DNA of 64,000 bases from Kiritimatiellia bacterium (GTDB lineage Bacteria > Verrucomicrobiota > Kiritimatiellia > UBA8416 > YA12-FULL-48-11): NCBI GenBank assembly GCA_028716365.1, contig JAQUPZ010000002.1:705005-769004 (forward strand), given 5' to 3'. Position numbers and translations under genes: made by a program. The notes under the pieces were generated by a model, which did not search any database, was not told where the DNA came from, and saw only the letters and a program-made list of their open reading frames with translations. Of this stretch, positions 10,417 to 20,957 are shown piece by piece; within the stretch, counting starts at the first letter, position 1; every line of letters starts with the position of its first letter.

Positions 10417-12295
10417 ATGGCCGTGCCATCATGTTCATCGGATTACGGAACCAGGTTCGATATAACGAATCGCTCTTCCATGTATTACCTGCCGAGGCGT
10501 AGTCACAAAAATGAACCGGATGTTGTTTCATTTCTTCTGCTTCTGGATCAGTACCGGTTTTGAGCATCACTGTAAACGCCAGCCAGATATCCTTGTTGTC
10601 ACATGTAACCGGTTTGATCTCAACCGGTTTACCCAGCGGCGGCATCTCCGCAGGCTGATCCACTGAACCATCACTGAAACGCGTGTCACGCGCAAGTACT
10701 ATAGGACCGCGGAAAAGCGCAAAATGCTCGTTCTTTGCTTCTATGCGTCCCGAAAAATCAAACTCCATCTTCACAACATCGCCAGGCTTCCAGGTACGGC
10801 GAAGTACAAGGTAGGAACCCGCCATCGACCCTGACACATCCATATCATTTACAGTCACTGAGGTTCTGGCGCTCCAGGCCGGAATACGGAGACGTAATGC
10901 GAACACCGATTCCTTTGCCGGAGTGATATGTAAAGTTACACGGTTATTTCTGGGATAGTCGGTTTCCTGTTCGATAGTAACGCGTGCCTGAGTTGAAGGA
11001 ACAAGTATCGAAGCCTTGGATGCATGATAGATGTTGACCATCACGCCGTCCTTATCGGCCATTAGCAGTGATTCCATCAATGCTACAAACCCGCGCGGAC
11101 CATTGGCCACGCAGCAATTGATGGTCATACCACACTGGTCGTTTCCACGACTGCGAGTACCGCCAAGCGGACAGTATTTTGAAAAGGTCGAACAGTCACG
11201 TGCTAGAGTTGCCAGATAGGCGTTGTATATTGTCTTCTCAAGTTGATCGGCATAGATGGCCTTGCCTGTAAGGCGCAACAGTGTTTCGCACAGGCGCATC
11301 CACGTTGTTGTCACGCAGGTCTCCATCATATGATAGGCCGGTGCGGTTTCAAAACGTTTACCGTGATACCAACATTCGAACGCAGCACCGGAACCTGCGA
11401 CGTTGATCTCATCGTCGATAATATTCTTTGCAGTTGCCTCGACCGCCTGCAAATATAATACGTTATCGGTAACCTGATAAAGTTCCAGCAACCCCTGGTA
11501 ACACGACATCATTTCGTAGGCTTTGATGCCGTTCTTCCAGCTCCACCATGGGTCAGGATGTGGAAAGCGCTCTGCCACAGGAACACCTGCAAGCGCCTTG
11601 CTTACCAGTTTCGGGCTGTCTTCGAACATCTCCATGGCGTTTGCAATATGTTTGGCAAAATCAAGATACTTTTTGTCCTGTGTACGTTTATAAAGCAAAA
11701 CAACCGGCTCCAGAACCGAGCAACTTGCCATACCGTGATGCATGCCTATGGTATGAATTCTCCCGGTTGCACAGGGTCCGACTTCGGTCATGAGCTGGTC
11801 AGCAACCCGGCACGCGGCAGTTAGAACATTCTTGTCACCGGTCAAATCGTAGTAATGAGTCAGACCAAGTATCGTATACTTACGGCCCCAAATGTCCCAA
11901 CTCTGGAGATGACAGTTATCCTTGTAGTTACCGATATAACCGTCTTCGCGTTGTGCGGAAATCAACAGTTTGACCGATCCATCGATATTGTTTTTTAAAG
12001 CTTCGTCGCGGGTATAGCGATATGCAGGAACACAAGAATGCATCCATTTACCCCAGAACTCCGAACGCCAGTCATGTGTACCATCATGTTGCTTGAAAAT
12101 CGCTGCCAGGTATGAACCGTCTGTTGCTTTCACATTGTTATTGAAGCACGCGGACATTTTTTCGCCAAGATACCCGCCTATTCGAACATCCTCGATAGCG
12201 CATGTCACACGTTTTTTATCGATACCTTCCACCGCATTACATACCTGTACTGCACCTATGACAATCGCAAGCAAGCTCACCATCTTTCGGTACAT
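10388..12295 (-). CDS. Glycoside hydrolase family 127-like (DUF1680, beta-L-arabinofuranosidase family) secreted protein
   Basis: Signal peptide. The E-x-C (MMETCVTT) and later C-C (TINCCVANGPRG) arrangement is consistent with the GH127 Zn/catalytic Cys site. Length about 635 aa. Confidence 0.55.
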   Translation of the reverse strand: MYRKMVSLLAIVIGAVQVCNAVEGIDKKRVTCAIEDVRIGGYLGEKMSACFNNNVKATDGSYLAAIFKQHDGTHDWRSEFWGKWMHSCVPAYRYTRDEALKNNIDGSVKLLISAQREDGYIGNYKDNCHLQSWDIWGRKYTILGLTHYYDLTGDKNVLTAACRVADQLMTEVGPCATGRIHTIGMHHGMASCSVLEPVVLLYKRTQDKKYLDFAKHIANAMEMFEDSPKLVSKALAGVPVAERFPHPDPWWSWKNGIKAYEMMSCYQGLLELYQVTDNVLYLQAVEATAKNIIDDEINVAGSGAAFECWYHGKRFETAPAYHMMETCVTTTWMRLCETLLRLTGKAIYADQLEKTIYNAYLATLARDCSTFSKYCPLGGTRSRGNDQCGMTINCCVANGPRGFVALMESLLMADKDGVMVNIYHASKASILVPSTQARVTIEQETDYPRNNRVTLHITPAKESVFALRLRIPAWSARTSVTVNDMDVSGSMAGSYLVLRRTWKPGDVVKMEFDFSGRIEAKNEHFALFRGPIVLARDTRFSDGSVDQPAEMPPLGKPVEIKPVTCDNKDIWLAFTVMLKTGTDPEAEEMKQHPVHFCDYASAGNTWKSDSLYRTWFRNPMNMMARPYVSYDVPGN

Positions 12296-12475
12296 TGATT
12301 CTCCTTCTTTTGTTTGGTTTATACGGCCAAGTCAATTTTGCCGCTGTCGCAACTATGCAGGAATTGTGCATAAAATTACTGGTAAACACAAGCCGAGTTC
12401 TTGGTCAATCCCCTTTACCCGGCTAAAAGGAAACAGCCTTGACTATGTGTCGCAACTCTTTCAGGATACCGCCCG

Positions 12476-14113
12476 ATGAAAAACAACGAGAATAAACTTT
12501 CGATGGATACGCTGGCGTCGCTGTGCAAGCGGCGGGGATTCATTTTCCAAAGTTCCGAAATCTACGGTGGTATCAACGGCTTCTGGGACTACGGCCCGCT
12601 CGGTTGTGAACTGAAACGCAATGTCCGCGAAACATGGTGGAAGAACATCGTTCAAAACCGCGAAAACGTGGTCGGACTCGATGCCTCGATTATCATGCAC
12701 CCAAAAGTCTGGGAAGCATCCGGCCACGTCGGCGGATTCCAGGATCCGATGCAAACCTGCCAGATATGCAAGAAACATCTCAGGGCAGACCAAGTTTGGG
12801 AAGGAATCAAGGAAAGCGCCTGGTTTGGCTCTCTGGTTCGCGCCATAGAAGGCGTTCCTGATACAAATGAAGTAACTTTCACAGGCCCCTCTCTTCTAAG
12901 ATGGGCGATACGAGACGGCAAGAAGCTTGCTCCGGGACTCGCACTTGTCCGCAACCCTCAGGTAACTCTCTCATGGCTTGCTGAAAAGGCAAATACAACT
13001 GATACAGTTAACATTTCGTGTATTGATCTTATCCGGCATGTTGCCACTGAACAACTGGCTCAAACAGGCCTTCAGACCCCCTGTCCTCACTGCGGTGGTC
13101 CGTTGACCGAACCTCGTCAGTTCAACCTGATGTTTGAAACATATGTAGGCGCCATTAAGAGTGAAGACCATAAAACCTACCTTCGTCCCGAAACGGCACA
13201 GGGAATTTTTGCACAATTCGGAAACGTTCTCGCCACCTCAAGACAGAAGATTCCCTTCGGCATAGCACAAATCGGCAAGGCTTTCAGGAACGAGATAAAT
13301 CCGCGGAATTACACTTTCCGTTCACGCGAGTTTGAACAAATGGAGTTGGAATTCTTTGTAAAACCCGGCACGGACCAGCAGTGGCACGAATACTGGGTTG
13401 AAGAACGTATGAAATGGTACCAGTCCATTGGGCTTCCCGCAGAAAGTCTTCAGAAATATGTTTATAAAAAGGAAGAACTGGCCCACTATGCTTCCGCCTG
13501 TGTTGATATCATGTATAATTTCCCATTCGGTATGCAGGAATTGGAAGGCATAGCAGCACGTGGCGACTTCGACCTCAGCCGGCACCAGCAGTTCAGCGGC
13601 AAATCCATGGAATATTTCAACCAGGAAACCAACGAAAAATTCGTCCCTCATGTAGTGGAACCGTCAGCCGGCGTGGACCGGATAGTGCTTGCCCTGCTAT
13701 GCAACGCTTACAAAGAGGAGTGGCTCGGCAAAGATAACCAGGTTCTTCCTGCTGAACCAGGAAAGCAACCACCGGAAGGCTTCGAAGCAAGAACGGTAAT
13801 GCGGTTCCATCCAAAGATTGCCCCTGTAAAGGTGGCAGTTTTTCCGCTCCTCAAAAACAAACCTGAGCTGGTGGAGAAAGCACGCGGCGTATTCGATACA
13901 TTACAGAAATGGTATCCAAGTTTCTGGGATGTTGCAGGCGCCATCGGCCGCCGTTACAGGCGTCAGGATGAGATTGGTACACCGTTCTGCGTGACAATTG
14001 ATTTTGATACGCTTACAAATAACACAGTTACGATCCGTGAACGTGATTCCATGAAGCAGGAACGAATTGAAATCAGTAAACTGGCGGATAAAATTCATGA
14101 AACACTCGCATAA
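12476..14113 (+). CDS. glyQS: Glycine--tRNA ligase (dimeric class II GlyQS type) with a Cys-rich insertion
   Basis: N-terminus [34 protein letters not shown] is the canonical GlyQS start. Class II motifs are present. An insertion carries CQICKKH...CPHCGG. Confidence 0.9.
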   Translation: MKNNENKLSMDTLASLCKRRGFIFQSSEIYGGINGFWDYGPLGCELKRNVRETWWKNIVQNRENVVGLDASIIMHPKVWEASGHVGGFQDPMQTCQICKKHLRADQVWEGIKESAWFGSLVRAIEGVPDTNEVTFTGPSLLRWAIRDGKKLAPGLALVRNPQVTLSWLAEKANTTDTVNISCIDLIRHVATEQLAQTGLQTPCPHCGGPLTEPRQFNLMFETYVGAIKSEDHKTYLRPETAQGIFAQFGNVLATSRQKIPFGIAQIGKAFRNEINPRNYTFRSREFEQMELEFFVKPGTDQQWHEYWVEERMKWYQSIGLPAESLQKYVYKKEELAHYASACVDIMYNFPFGMQELEGIAARGDFDLSRHQQFSGKSMEYFNQETNEKFVPHVVEPSAGVDRIVLALLCNAYKEEWLGKDNQVLPAEPGKQPPEGFEARTVMRFHPKIAPVKVAVFPLLKNKPELVEKARGVFDTLQKWYPSFWDVAGAIGRRYRRQDEIGTPFCVTIDFDTLTNNTVTIRERDSMKQERIEISKLADKIHETLA

Positions 14114-14807
14114 TCAGAAGGAACATGATCTTGGTTTTGCAAGGATCGACCTTGACCGCTACCGCCGGTGTGGTATTCCAGAAGTTATTTACTGTCCCGG
14201 CAAAACGGCCAGACAGATTCTTGCAATAATGAAGGCCTTGCAGAAAGCCGGTCATGACGTGCTGGCAACACGCGCCTCCCGCGAACAGTATGCCGTTGTC
14301 AGGAAAGCAATCCCCAAAGCAGTTTACCACGAAGCAGCACGAGCCATCACCCTTGACGTCGCAAAACAACCAAAACCCTATGGTCTGATAGCGGTGGTCT
14401 GCGCCGGCACATCTGATCTGCCTGTTGCAGAAGAAGCGGCTTTAACCGCCGAGAGGATGGGAGCAAAAGTTGAACGTGTCTATGACGTAGGTGTCGCCGG
14501 TCTTCACAGGCTGGTGAACAGACTCGATGCTTTTAAGTCTGCCAGGGCGGTAGTCGTGGTTGCAGGTATGGAAGGCGCCCTGCCCTCAGTCATCGGCGGA
14601 CTGATAGATAAACCAATTATTGCAGTGCCAACAAGCATAGGTTACGGAACCAGCATGCAGGGTATTGCCGCCCTGCTGGCCATGCTCAATTCCTGTGTCC
14701 CTGGAATTTCCGTTGTTAACATCGACAATGGATTCGGTGCAGGTACCGCCGCAGCAATGATCAACAGGGTTGCAGAAGAAACTACCAAGAACCGAAGGTT
14801 AGGTTAG
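14097..14807 (+). CDS. larB: Nickel-pincer cofactor biosynthesis protein LarB (PurE-like AIR carboxylase family)
   Basis: [27 protein letters not shown] is a LarB N-terminal motif. The PurE-like core [18 protein letters not shown] follows. The start was chosen at MKHSHNQ, giving a 17-nt overlap with glyQS. Confidence 0.8.
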   Translation: MKHSHNQKEHDLGFARIDLDRYRRCGIPEVIYCPGKTARQILAIMKALQKAGHDVLATRASREQYAVVRKAIPKAVYHEAARAITLDVAKQPKPYGLIAVVCAGTSDLPVAEEAALTAERMGAKVERVYDVGVAGLHRLVNRLDAFKSARAVVVVAGMEGALPSVIGGLIDKPIIAVPTSIGYGTSMQGIAALLAMLNSCVPGISVVNIDNGFGAGTAAAMINRVAEETTKNRRLG

Positions 14808-14855
14808 GTCGGTTATGGTTTGGACGTTGCTTATGGCCGTATCTACCCCGTAGTT

Positions 14856-16217
14856 TCACCCCAAGTTCTTTTGTGACGGTACCGATGTGGTTACGGATAC
14901 AGGCGCGACGGCCGGCCCCGGCTCGAAACGGCTGACGATGGTGGCAGTCACAAGGTCACCCATGACATTGAGTACAGTGCGGCACATGTCGAGCAACCGG
15001 TCGATACCCATAATGATGGCGATTCCTTCGAGCGGCACGCCGACCATTCCGAGCACTACCATGATGAAAGGCAACGATGCACCTGGGATACCGGCCACGC
15101 CGATCGAGGTTAGAACAGACATCAACACCACGATCACCTGAGCTGCAAGCGTCAATTTGATACCGAACACCTGGGCGAGGAAAAGTACCGTGGCACCCTC
15201 GTATAGCGCCGTCCCATTCATGTTGACCGTGGCGCCGAGGGGTAAGACGAACCCGGCGATCGAAGGCGAAATGCCCATCGACTGTTCGGCCACGCGAATG
15301 GTCGTTGGAAGGGTCGCATTACTTGATGAGGTCGAAAACGCGGTGATCATGACGATGCGGGCGCGTGAGAAGAATGTCCGCGGGCTCACTCGCGCCACAA
15401 GCAAGAGCGCGAGCGAGTATCCAACCACAAGGAAGATGACGAGGCCGGCAATCACCGCCACGATGAAATGGGCAAGGTTGAGCAAGAGGTCGAAGCCAAA
15501 GCGCGCCGTGACCGAGAAGATGAGTGCGAAGACGCCTATGGGCGCAACGCGCATAATGAGATCGATGGTGGCGATGCTGATATGGGCGACGCTGTCGAGG
15601 AAGTTACGCACCGGCGCACCCTTCTCCTCGGGTATCATCAACAGCGCGACCCCGATCATCAGGGCGAAGAAGATGACGGCAAGCATGTCGCCCGAGGCGG
15701 CCGCCGCCACCGGGTTACGTGGAATGATCTTGACCAGCAGATCGATTGAGAACGTCGTGGACGACATGCCCATGGCATCGGTGGTCTGTCCGCGATAGGT
15801 CTCGAGAAGTTTAGTGCGAATGGCCGGGTCGAGATCAACGCCCGGGGCGACGATATTCATAATGCTGATACCGAGGATGCTGGACAACAGCGTCAAACTA
15901 AGAAAGCACACAATCGTGATTAGGCCGATACGGCCGAGCCGCTTGAACGATCCCAGCTGTGCAACCCCGGTCGCCAGGGTAGAGATGACCATAGGGATTA
16001 CCACCATGATGAGTGCCGACAGCCACATCTTGCCGATAGGCTCGGTGACGAGTTCGATAAAGCGCGTCGGGCCGCCATGGGTCAGAAGATTGGCGGCGAC
16101 GCCGAAGGCCGCGCCAGCAGCGAGACCGATAAAGATACGGGTTGGCAGTTGCACGATTGTTTTGCTTTGTTCAGTAACGATAAGTGGATAAAAACACAGG
16201 TTCTGACTGAACGTCAA
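14856..16217 (-). CDS. Dicarboxylate/amino acid:cation symporter (GltP/DctA, SLC1 family)
   Basis: Polytopic membrane protein of about 450 aa with the typical DAACS architecture. GC is noticeably higher than in flanking housekeeping genes. Confidence 0.75.
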   Translation of the reverse strand: MTFSQNLCFYPLIVTEQSKTIVQLPTRIFIGLAAGAAFGVAANLLTHGGPTRFIELVTEPIGKMWLSALIMVVIPMVISTLATGVAQLGSFKRLGRIGLITIVCFLSLTLLSSILGISIMNIVAPGVDLDPAIRTKLLETYRGQTTDAMGMSSTTFSIDLLVKIIPRNPVAAAASGDMLAVIFFALMIGVALLMIPEEKGAPVRNFLDSVAHISIATIDLIMRVAPIGVFALIFSVTARFGFDLLLNLAHFIVAVIAGLVIFLVVGYSLALLLVARVSPRTFFSRARIVMITAFSTSSSNATLPTTIRVAEQSMGISPSIAGFVLPLGATVNMNGTALYEGATVLFLAQVFGIKLTLAAQVIVVLMSVLTSIGVAGIPGASLPFIMVVLGMVGVPLEGIAIIMGIDRLLDMCRTVLNVMGDLVTATIVSRFEPGPAVAPVSVTTSVPSQKNLG

Positions 16218-16404
16218 TGTAAATTGTTAAAACTCTTCGCTTACACATTCATCAATTGAAAATTGGTAAACAAAACATCAGATCTCCAGGGGTCAGATAG
16301 TATGAAAGGCATATTTTGACGCTGTTGGAGTCAGGATAGGCATCGCGCGAGCCGTCGGGTTGGTTGACCCGCTCAGCACCTGCGGGCGGGCGCCGCTGAT
16401 TTTT

Positions 16405-16593
16405 TCAATGTAGTCCACCATTTCGGACTGCCTGCTCCGTCGCCGGCGAGGCTTTCGGGGCCATGACAACCGGCAGAGGGCCCGCCCCCTTCTTCACCAG
16501 GACCAACTTCTTCTGCAAGCACCCCGATGCAAGGCAAAAGACCAATGAAGCCGACAAAATAATTGAATAATATTTTCCCAGCGGCAAAGGCAA
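16405..16593 (-). CDS. Possible small lipoprotein (lipobox LASGC), high GC
   Basis: 62-aa ORF MPLPLGKYYSIILSASLVFCLASGCLQKK... in the gap between gltP and the 950-aa gene. It overlaps another frame and there is no clear RBS. Confidence 0.2.
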   Translation of the reverse strand: MPLPLGKYYSIILSASLVFCLASGCLQKKLVLVKKGAGPLPVVMAPKASPATEQAVRNGGLH

Positions 16594-16657
16594 GGCATCC
16601 GATTCTCTTCATCTGTGCTCCCCGTTCGATCCCCGGTGGTTTACCTGCCGCACTTCA

Positions 16658-19510
16658 TCATTTAGAGGATTTGTCGCGATCAAAAAACAGCCAGCCGAGG
16701 TTCGCCGGGTTGTCGTTGTTGATTAAGAGCCGCGAGCCCCATGGTTTCCGAGCGATCCATGACGATTCTCCCTGTCCGGAAATCTCGTTCCGGACATTGA
16801 CCCTCAGCGGTTTGGGGCAGACAGGATCCGCATGGAGCGACACGAACGGGATGCGTTGCCAGCCATACCACCCCTGATCGTTTTTCTTGCGGAACCAGGA
16901 CATGCCGTAATTGAGAGTCGGCCACAGTCTGCGCGGCTCGACCGTGAGGGTCACGGACCCCGCTTTTTTCAGGTTCGCCCCGTTGCACTCGATCAGCACA
17001 TAGAAGGCGTCGCGGTCATAGCTGCACGCCCAGCGGATGTTGGGCACGGCTGCGTTTGTCCCGGAGCACGTCTGCCAGTCCAGCCCCGCGGGCAGGTTAT
17101 GGTTCGCGGGATTGCCCGACACGCGCCGCCCGATGTCGGCGCAGAACAGGCTGCGTGCGGAGGGCCCGTCGGGCTTGCGTCCCGAGTAGGCTGCAAAGAC
17201 ATCCGTGCCGGCCGCGATCTCGCTCTCGAGCGCGGGGAACTCTTTGTCGAGGAGCCTTTGTAACTGATTCATGCGCCAGCGGATCTTTGCGGGATAATAC
17301 TTGTACCCGTTGGCCTCCGAATGAAAGCCCAGCCGGGAGTCGGCCTCGCACAGCCCGATCAGTTCTCCGCCGCTCTTCAGTTCCTCTTCGACGATCTGGC
17401 GCATCTCTTTGAGCGTCTCAATCTGCGTTGCGGGCTTCTCCTGAACCATGCGCTCGCGCAGGTCGTAGAACTGCAGAATGTTCAGCCCGCTGCGGAACTG
17501 GATGTCCAGGGCCTTGGCCACGCCGATGTCCAGCCGGCGCTGCGGCAGGAGTCCGGGGTCGGCCTCCAGCTGGCGGAGCGTATCGGTCCCCCAGTTCCAG
17601 GTGGCGCTCATCGTGCGGCACTCTTCGATGGCCTCGGAGAGCGAATACGCCTGCGCTAAGCACTCGCCGATCCTGTCACCGCTGGGCGGGAACGGCGCCG
17701 GGTTCATCCAGGTCGGGACGAGCGGGGCGTCTTGCGGGCGCAGCAGCAGGGGCCAAACCACGCCGTCGTGCATGGGGCCCCACCACTGGAATTCCGTGAC
17801 CAGCGGCATATGCCCATACCCGTTGGCCATCCGCTGCCAGGCCTGAGCGACCTTATCGGCCTGTTTGCCCCAGTCTGGCTGCGCCAGTTGGTTCAGGAAC
17901 GCCTCTTCCGTCTCGGGGAAGGGCTCGAAGGACAGCTCGCCCGCAGCCTTGTTCATGATCCCCGGAAAGTTGCCGAAGTACCAGCAGAGCATCGTGTGGG
18001 AGACGCCCAGCTCGTGCATGGCTTTGAATTTCTGGTAGAGCAGCCCGGGAACCGGCACGAAGGGAACGCTCGCAACCTCGTGCGAGTTGCAGGTCTGGAT
18101 TTTGGCCGACATCGATACGCCGGCCTGCCGCGCCTGCCGTGCCAGCCGGTCAAACGGCACGGAGGGCCCCGGCGTCGCCAGCCAATAGTCGGATCCCGTG
18201 CGCCCCCTTCCGAATACCTTTTTCGTCACGCCCGACTCGAAATTCAACTGCAGCGTGACGTCTTTGTTGCAGTACTTGGGTATTTCGTAGAACCAGTCGC
18301 CGATAACGGACGCGAAGGGAACGTAGTACCATGCGATCAGCTCGGCGTCCGGATTGGCATCATGCATGCCCTTGGCCATGGGGGCGAGGATATCGCGCAT
18401 GACCTCCGCATTCCTCTTTTTCGCACAGGCGCGGCAGGTGGGTTTGCTGTCGGAGTTTGGAGAGACCGGCTTCAGGCAGGTCGCCGCGCCCTCGCCCAGG
18501 GTGAGGTTGATCTGCCCGCCCAAGTGCGGAACCTCGGAAAAGACGCTGTTCAGCGCCTCGTAGAGGAAGCGGGACCCAGCCTCCGTTGACGGACACAAGT
18601 ATTTGGTGTACCCCTCGGGGCTGTCGCTGGCCACCTCGGGATGCCTCTTGATGTGCCCACCCTCATTCGAGGCCCAGTGGTCCGGCTCGATCGAGAACAG
18701 GTAGATGCGGATGCCGTACCGGCGACAGTGCTCGACCTGCTTTCTCAGCCTGACCAGAAGGGCATCCCGGTTTTTCCCGAACTCCGGAACCACGCTGGAT
18801 TTGACGATGTCCTCGAACCGGGCGCCCAACCACAAACCGTTGATCCCATCGTGCGCCATGCGGTTGAGGTATCCGTCGGAGTAATACAGGCCGTCTTTGG
18901 ACCGCGGCGAGCCGTTGATGTTGAGTGGCCGAAAATAACAGGAGATGCGGGACTTGATGAATGGCTTGCGCTCCATCGTCCCCAGCGTCAAGAACGGGCC
19001 ACACGCTGCCCGCATCAGATCCTCAACCTTGAAAATCCCGCGCCGGATACCCTCCGTGTCGGCGGCCAAGATGCGGCAGCGGTCCGCCGCCACCTCGATC
19101 CGGTAGGCCTCGAACACCGGCATTTCAACCTTTTCGGTTTCGACCGTGAAGGAGCCGTTCGTCGGCACCTTGCCGGCCGTCAAAAAATCGGACAGGTCGG
19201 CGTAGGCCGTTTTCAAAAGCCCTTCGGGGTCTGGAAACCGCGCGTCGACGCGGACACCGCGACGCAGATCGGCCTCGCCCGCAACTACCCCGCGCGGGCT
19301 CCAGCCGTGGCCGCCGCCCCACAGCGGTTTCATTTGGTCGTCGACAAACGTCCACGCTTCTTCGCCCGGCCGCGCTGGCAGCGGTTCGAGCCCGTTCAGG
19401 ATGCCATCGATAACCGCTTGGGCGCGTGCACCCCCGACTACCGCACACAGGGCGAGAATAGAAAGCGCAGTTGCCCGGGTTATAAGAAATTGTTTTTGTG
19501 ACATGGCCAC
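16658..19510 (-). CDS. Large secreted hypothetical protein (950 aa), possibly carbohydrate-active, encoded in a high-GC island
   Basis: N-terminal signal MSQKQFLITRATALSILALCAVVGGARAQA. GC is roughly 65% against about 45% for the window. All opposite-strand ORFs here look like GC artifacts. Confidence 0.6.
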   Translation of the reverse strand: MAMSQKQFLITRATALSILALCAVVGGARAQAVIDGILNGLEPLPARPGEEAWTFVDDQMKPLWGGGHGWSPRGVVAGEADLRRGVRVDARFPDPEGLLKTAYADLSDFLTAGKVPTNGSFTVETEKVEMPVFEAYRIEVAADRCRILAADTEGIRRGIFKVEDLMRAACGPFLTLGTMERKPFIKSRISCYFRPLNINGSPRSKDGLYYSDGYLNRMAHDGINGLWLGARFEDIVKSSVVPEFGKNRDALLVRLRKQVEHCRRYGIRIYLFSIEPDHWASNEGGHIKRHPEVASDSPEGYTKYLCPSTEAGSRFLYEALNSVFSEVPHLGGQINLTLGEGAATCLKPVSPNSDSKPTCRACAKKRNAEVMRDILAPMAKGMHDANPDAELIAWYYVPFASVIGDWFYEIPKYCNKDVTLQLNFESGVTKKVFGRGRTGSDYWLATPGPSVPFDRLARQARQAGVSMSAKIQTCNSHEVASVPFVPVPGLLYQKFKAMHELGVSHTMLCWYFGNFPGIMNKAAGELSFEPFPETEEAFLNQLAQPDWGKQADKVAQAWQRMANGYGHMPLVTEFQWWGPMHDGVVWPLLLRPQDAPLVPTWMNPAPFPPSGDRIGECLAQAYSLSEAIEECRTMSATWNWGTDTLRQLEADPGLLPQRRLDIGVAKALDIQFRSGLNILQFYDLRERMVQEKPATQIETLKEMRQIVEEELKSGGELIGLCEADSRLGFHSEANGYKYYPAKIRWRMNQLQRLLDKEFPALESEIAAGTDVFAAYSGRKPDGPSARSLFCADIGRRVSGNPANHNLPAGLDWQTCSGTNAAVPNIRWACSYDRDAFYVLIECNGANLKKAGSVTLTVEPRRLWPTLNYGMSWFRKKNDQGWYGWQRIPFVSLHADPVCPKPLRVNVRNEISGQGESSWIARKPWGSRLLINNDNPANLGWLFFDRDKSSK

Positions 19511-19529
19511 AAACCATAAAAATATTGCC
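19478..19529 (-). promoter_or_regulatory. Conserved leader module, copy A (5'UTR plus first codons of the 950-aa gene)
   Basis: GGTTATAAGAAATTGTTTTTGTGACATGGCCACAAACCATAA is nearly identical to 20940-20992 upstream of the 152-aa gene. Confidence 0.5.
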
Positions 19530-19647
19530 GTTTAACAATTACAGTTAAAGTGAAACATCGACTTGATAGGATGTCAAAATGAATTAGGAGAAATTCATAA
19601 GTTTACAAGCACATCTATGCCCGAATGCCGTCCAACAGGTGCTTCAA

Positions 19648-19926
19648 ATTGTAACCTCGGATTTTCCGGCTGAAAATTAATCCCTGGTGAATAACCAAAA
19701 AGACGGCTCGACAGAATCTCGGTCTCCCGTTAAGAATATAGGGAATGAAGAAGAACAATACCACGGGATTGATAGTCCGCTTCGACAGCGTCGGAGGAGC
19801 AAGCGGTGACCTTATTCTTTCTTCCCTGTGTGCGCTTGGAGTCAATCATTCCGAACTCAGCAAAAAGCTCGGATCCCTTCATGCCGGAAATTTCAAACTC
19901 CAGGTTAAAACCAATACAGACCATGA
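19648..19926 (+). repeat. Direct repeat copy 1. It duplicates about 60 bp of larC upstream sequence plus the first ~186 bp of larC
   Basis: Aligns with 22394-22658. The core 19706-19926 against 22437-22658 has only a handful of substitutions. Confidence 0.85.
19745..19926 (+). pseudogene. Truncated larC N-terminal fragment. The downstream ORF continuation to 20146 is a chimeric read-through
   Basis: MKKNNTTGLIVRFDSVGGASGDLILSSLCALG... is identical in pattern to the intact larC at 22477, then diverges after codon ~61. Confidence 0.75.
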
Positions 19927-20100
19927 TGTCGTATGTCGGGACGTGACCCCTATAAAGCCTCGGCTGTTCCCCCGAATCCTTCAGCCTGACGAAATCGGTT
20001 CCTCCGCCACATATCGAGATGGCCCAGCCAACCTGAATGGCGGTAATCAGTGCACCCACGCGATGAATGGATTGGTTCACATTTCTTTCTCTAGGACAAA

Positions 20101-20463
20101 TCAATGCGCAACGCCATCCGGCCACCATGGCTTCGCGTCCTCATAGTAGCTTTTCATGGCTTCTTTCCTGAATGCAACATGACCATCAAAAAACACAAGA
20201 TTGACTCCCCCTTTGTGGCGATAGTCCACCGCCGTCATGCCAATCCCGTCGACAAAAAAGGAATCGGCGTCACACATCAGAAACATTTCGGCGGGATATC
20301 GAATATCGGAGCAATTGACCACCGAGAAAAGAGAACTATTGCATCCCTGGCCCGCGTAAAGATTACCGCCATAGCTCAGCACCCGCGTCTTGCCATCCGT
20401 GGAATAACTGGGCAGTCCCGAAGGATCAGACGGACAAAGAAACGTCGGGATTTTACCGGTCAT
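20101..20463 (-). pseudogene. C-terminal fragment of a DUF1559 / prepilin-type H-X9-DG protein
   Basis: H-X9-DG motif HKGGVNLVFFDGHV. The N-terminal prepilin-like region is missing. Confidence 0.6.
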
Positions 20464-20498
20464 AAGAAATCACCTCTGGTTTCCTTTTGTGTTGAATC

Positions 20499-20957
20499 TC
20501 AAAGCGTCAGGAAGACCCTGACCTTGCCTTCCATGCCCTCGGCCACGGCGGGCCTGTCGGCCCCTTCGACCGCGATGACGAGGGTTGCTTCGCCGGACGG
20601 GGTCCTGCGTGTCCCCAGCCAGGTCGTGCCGTGGGAGCGCGTCGCATCCCGCACCCATCCCGCCTCGGTCGCCAGCCGACCCAAGGTCTCCACCTCGGTG
20701 GCGGCGTCGCCGCGGGGGGTGAACCAGTGGAAGACGTAGGCGCCCGGGGACTTGCCCCCGACCCCCACCGGCTGCGACTCCTCAGACCGGACGAGGGTCA
20801 GCCCGTCGAGATCGCGCGCCGCCATGGCGTCGGTCAGGAGCGTTCGCTGGGCGTCGCTGGTTCCCCACCAACCGCTGTTCCGTCCGTGGTTCCACAGTGC
20901 CAACCCCGCCACCGCGCACAGGACGAGGATGGTTATAAGAAATTGCTTTCGTGTCAT
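20499..20957 (-). CDS. Small secreted or membrane-anchored hypothetical protein (152 aa), high GC
   Basis: N-terminus MTRKQFLITILVLCAVAGLALW shares the KQFLIT...LALCAV start and upstream sequence with the 950-aa gene. Confidence 0.5.
   Translation of the reverse strand: MTRKQFLITILVLCAVAGLALWNHGRNSGWWGTSDAQRTLLTDAMAARDLDGLTLVRSEESQPVGVGGKSPGAYVFHWFTPRGDAATEVETLGRLATEAGWVRDATRSHGTTWLGTRRTPSGEATLVIAVEGADRPAVAEGMEGKVRVFLTL

Noticed and set aside
17321-19501. Several long plus-strand ORFs (for example 17732-18589 and 18641-19501) opposite the 950-aa gene
   Set aside because: The region is about 65% GC, so long stop-free antisense frames are expected. The translations are Arg/Pro/Ala-rich low-complexity sequence with no motifs. 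The minus-strand gene has a signal peptide and a coherent composition.
19745-20146. 133-aa ORF starting like LarC
   Set aside because: Only the first ~61 codons are LarC-like. The remainder is an antisense read-through across the 3' flank of the DUF1559 fragment. It is a chimeric product of the duplication and not a gene.
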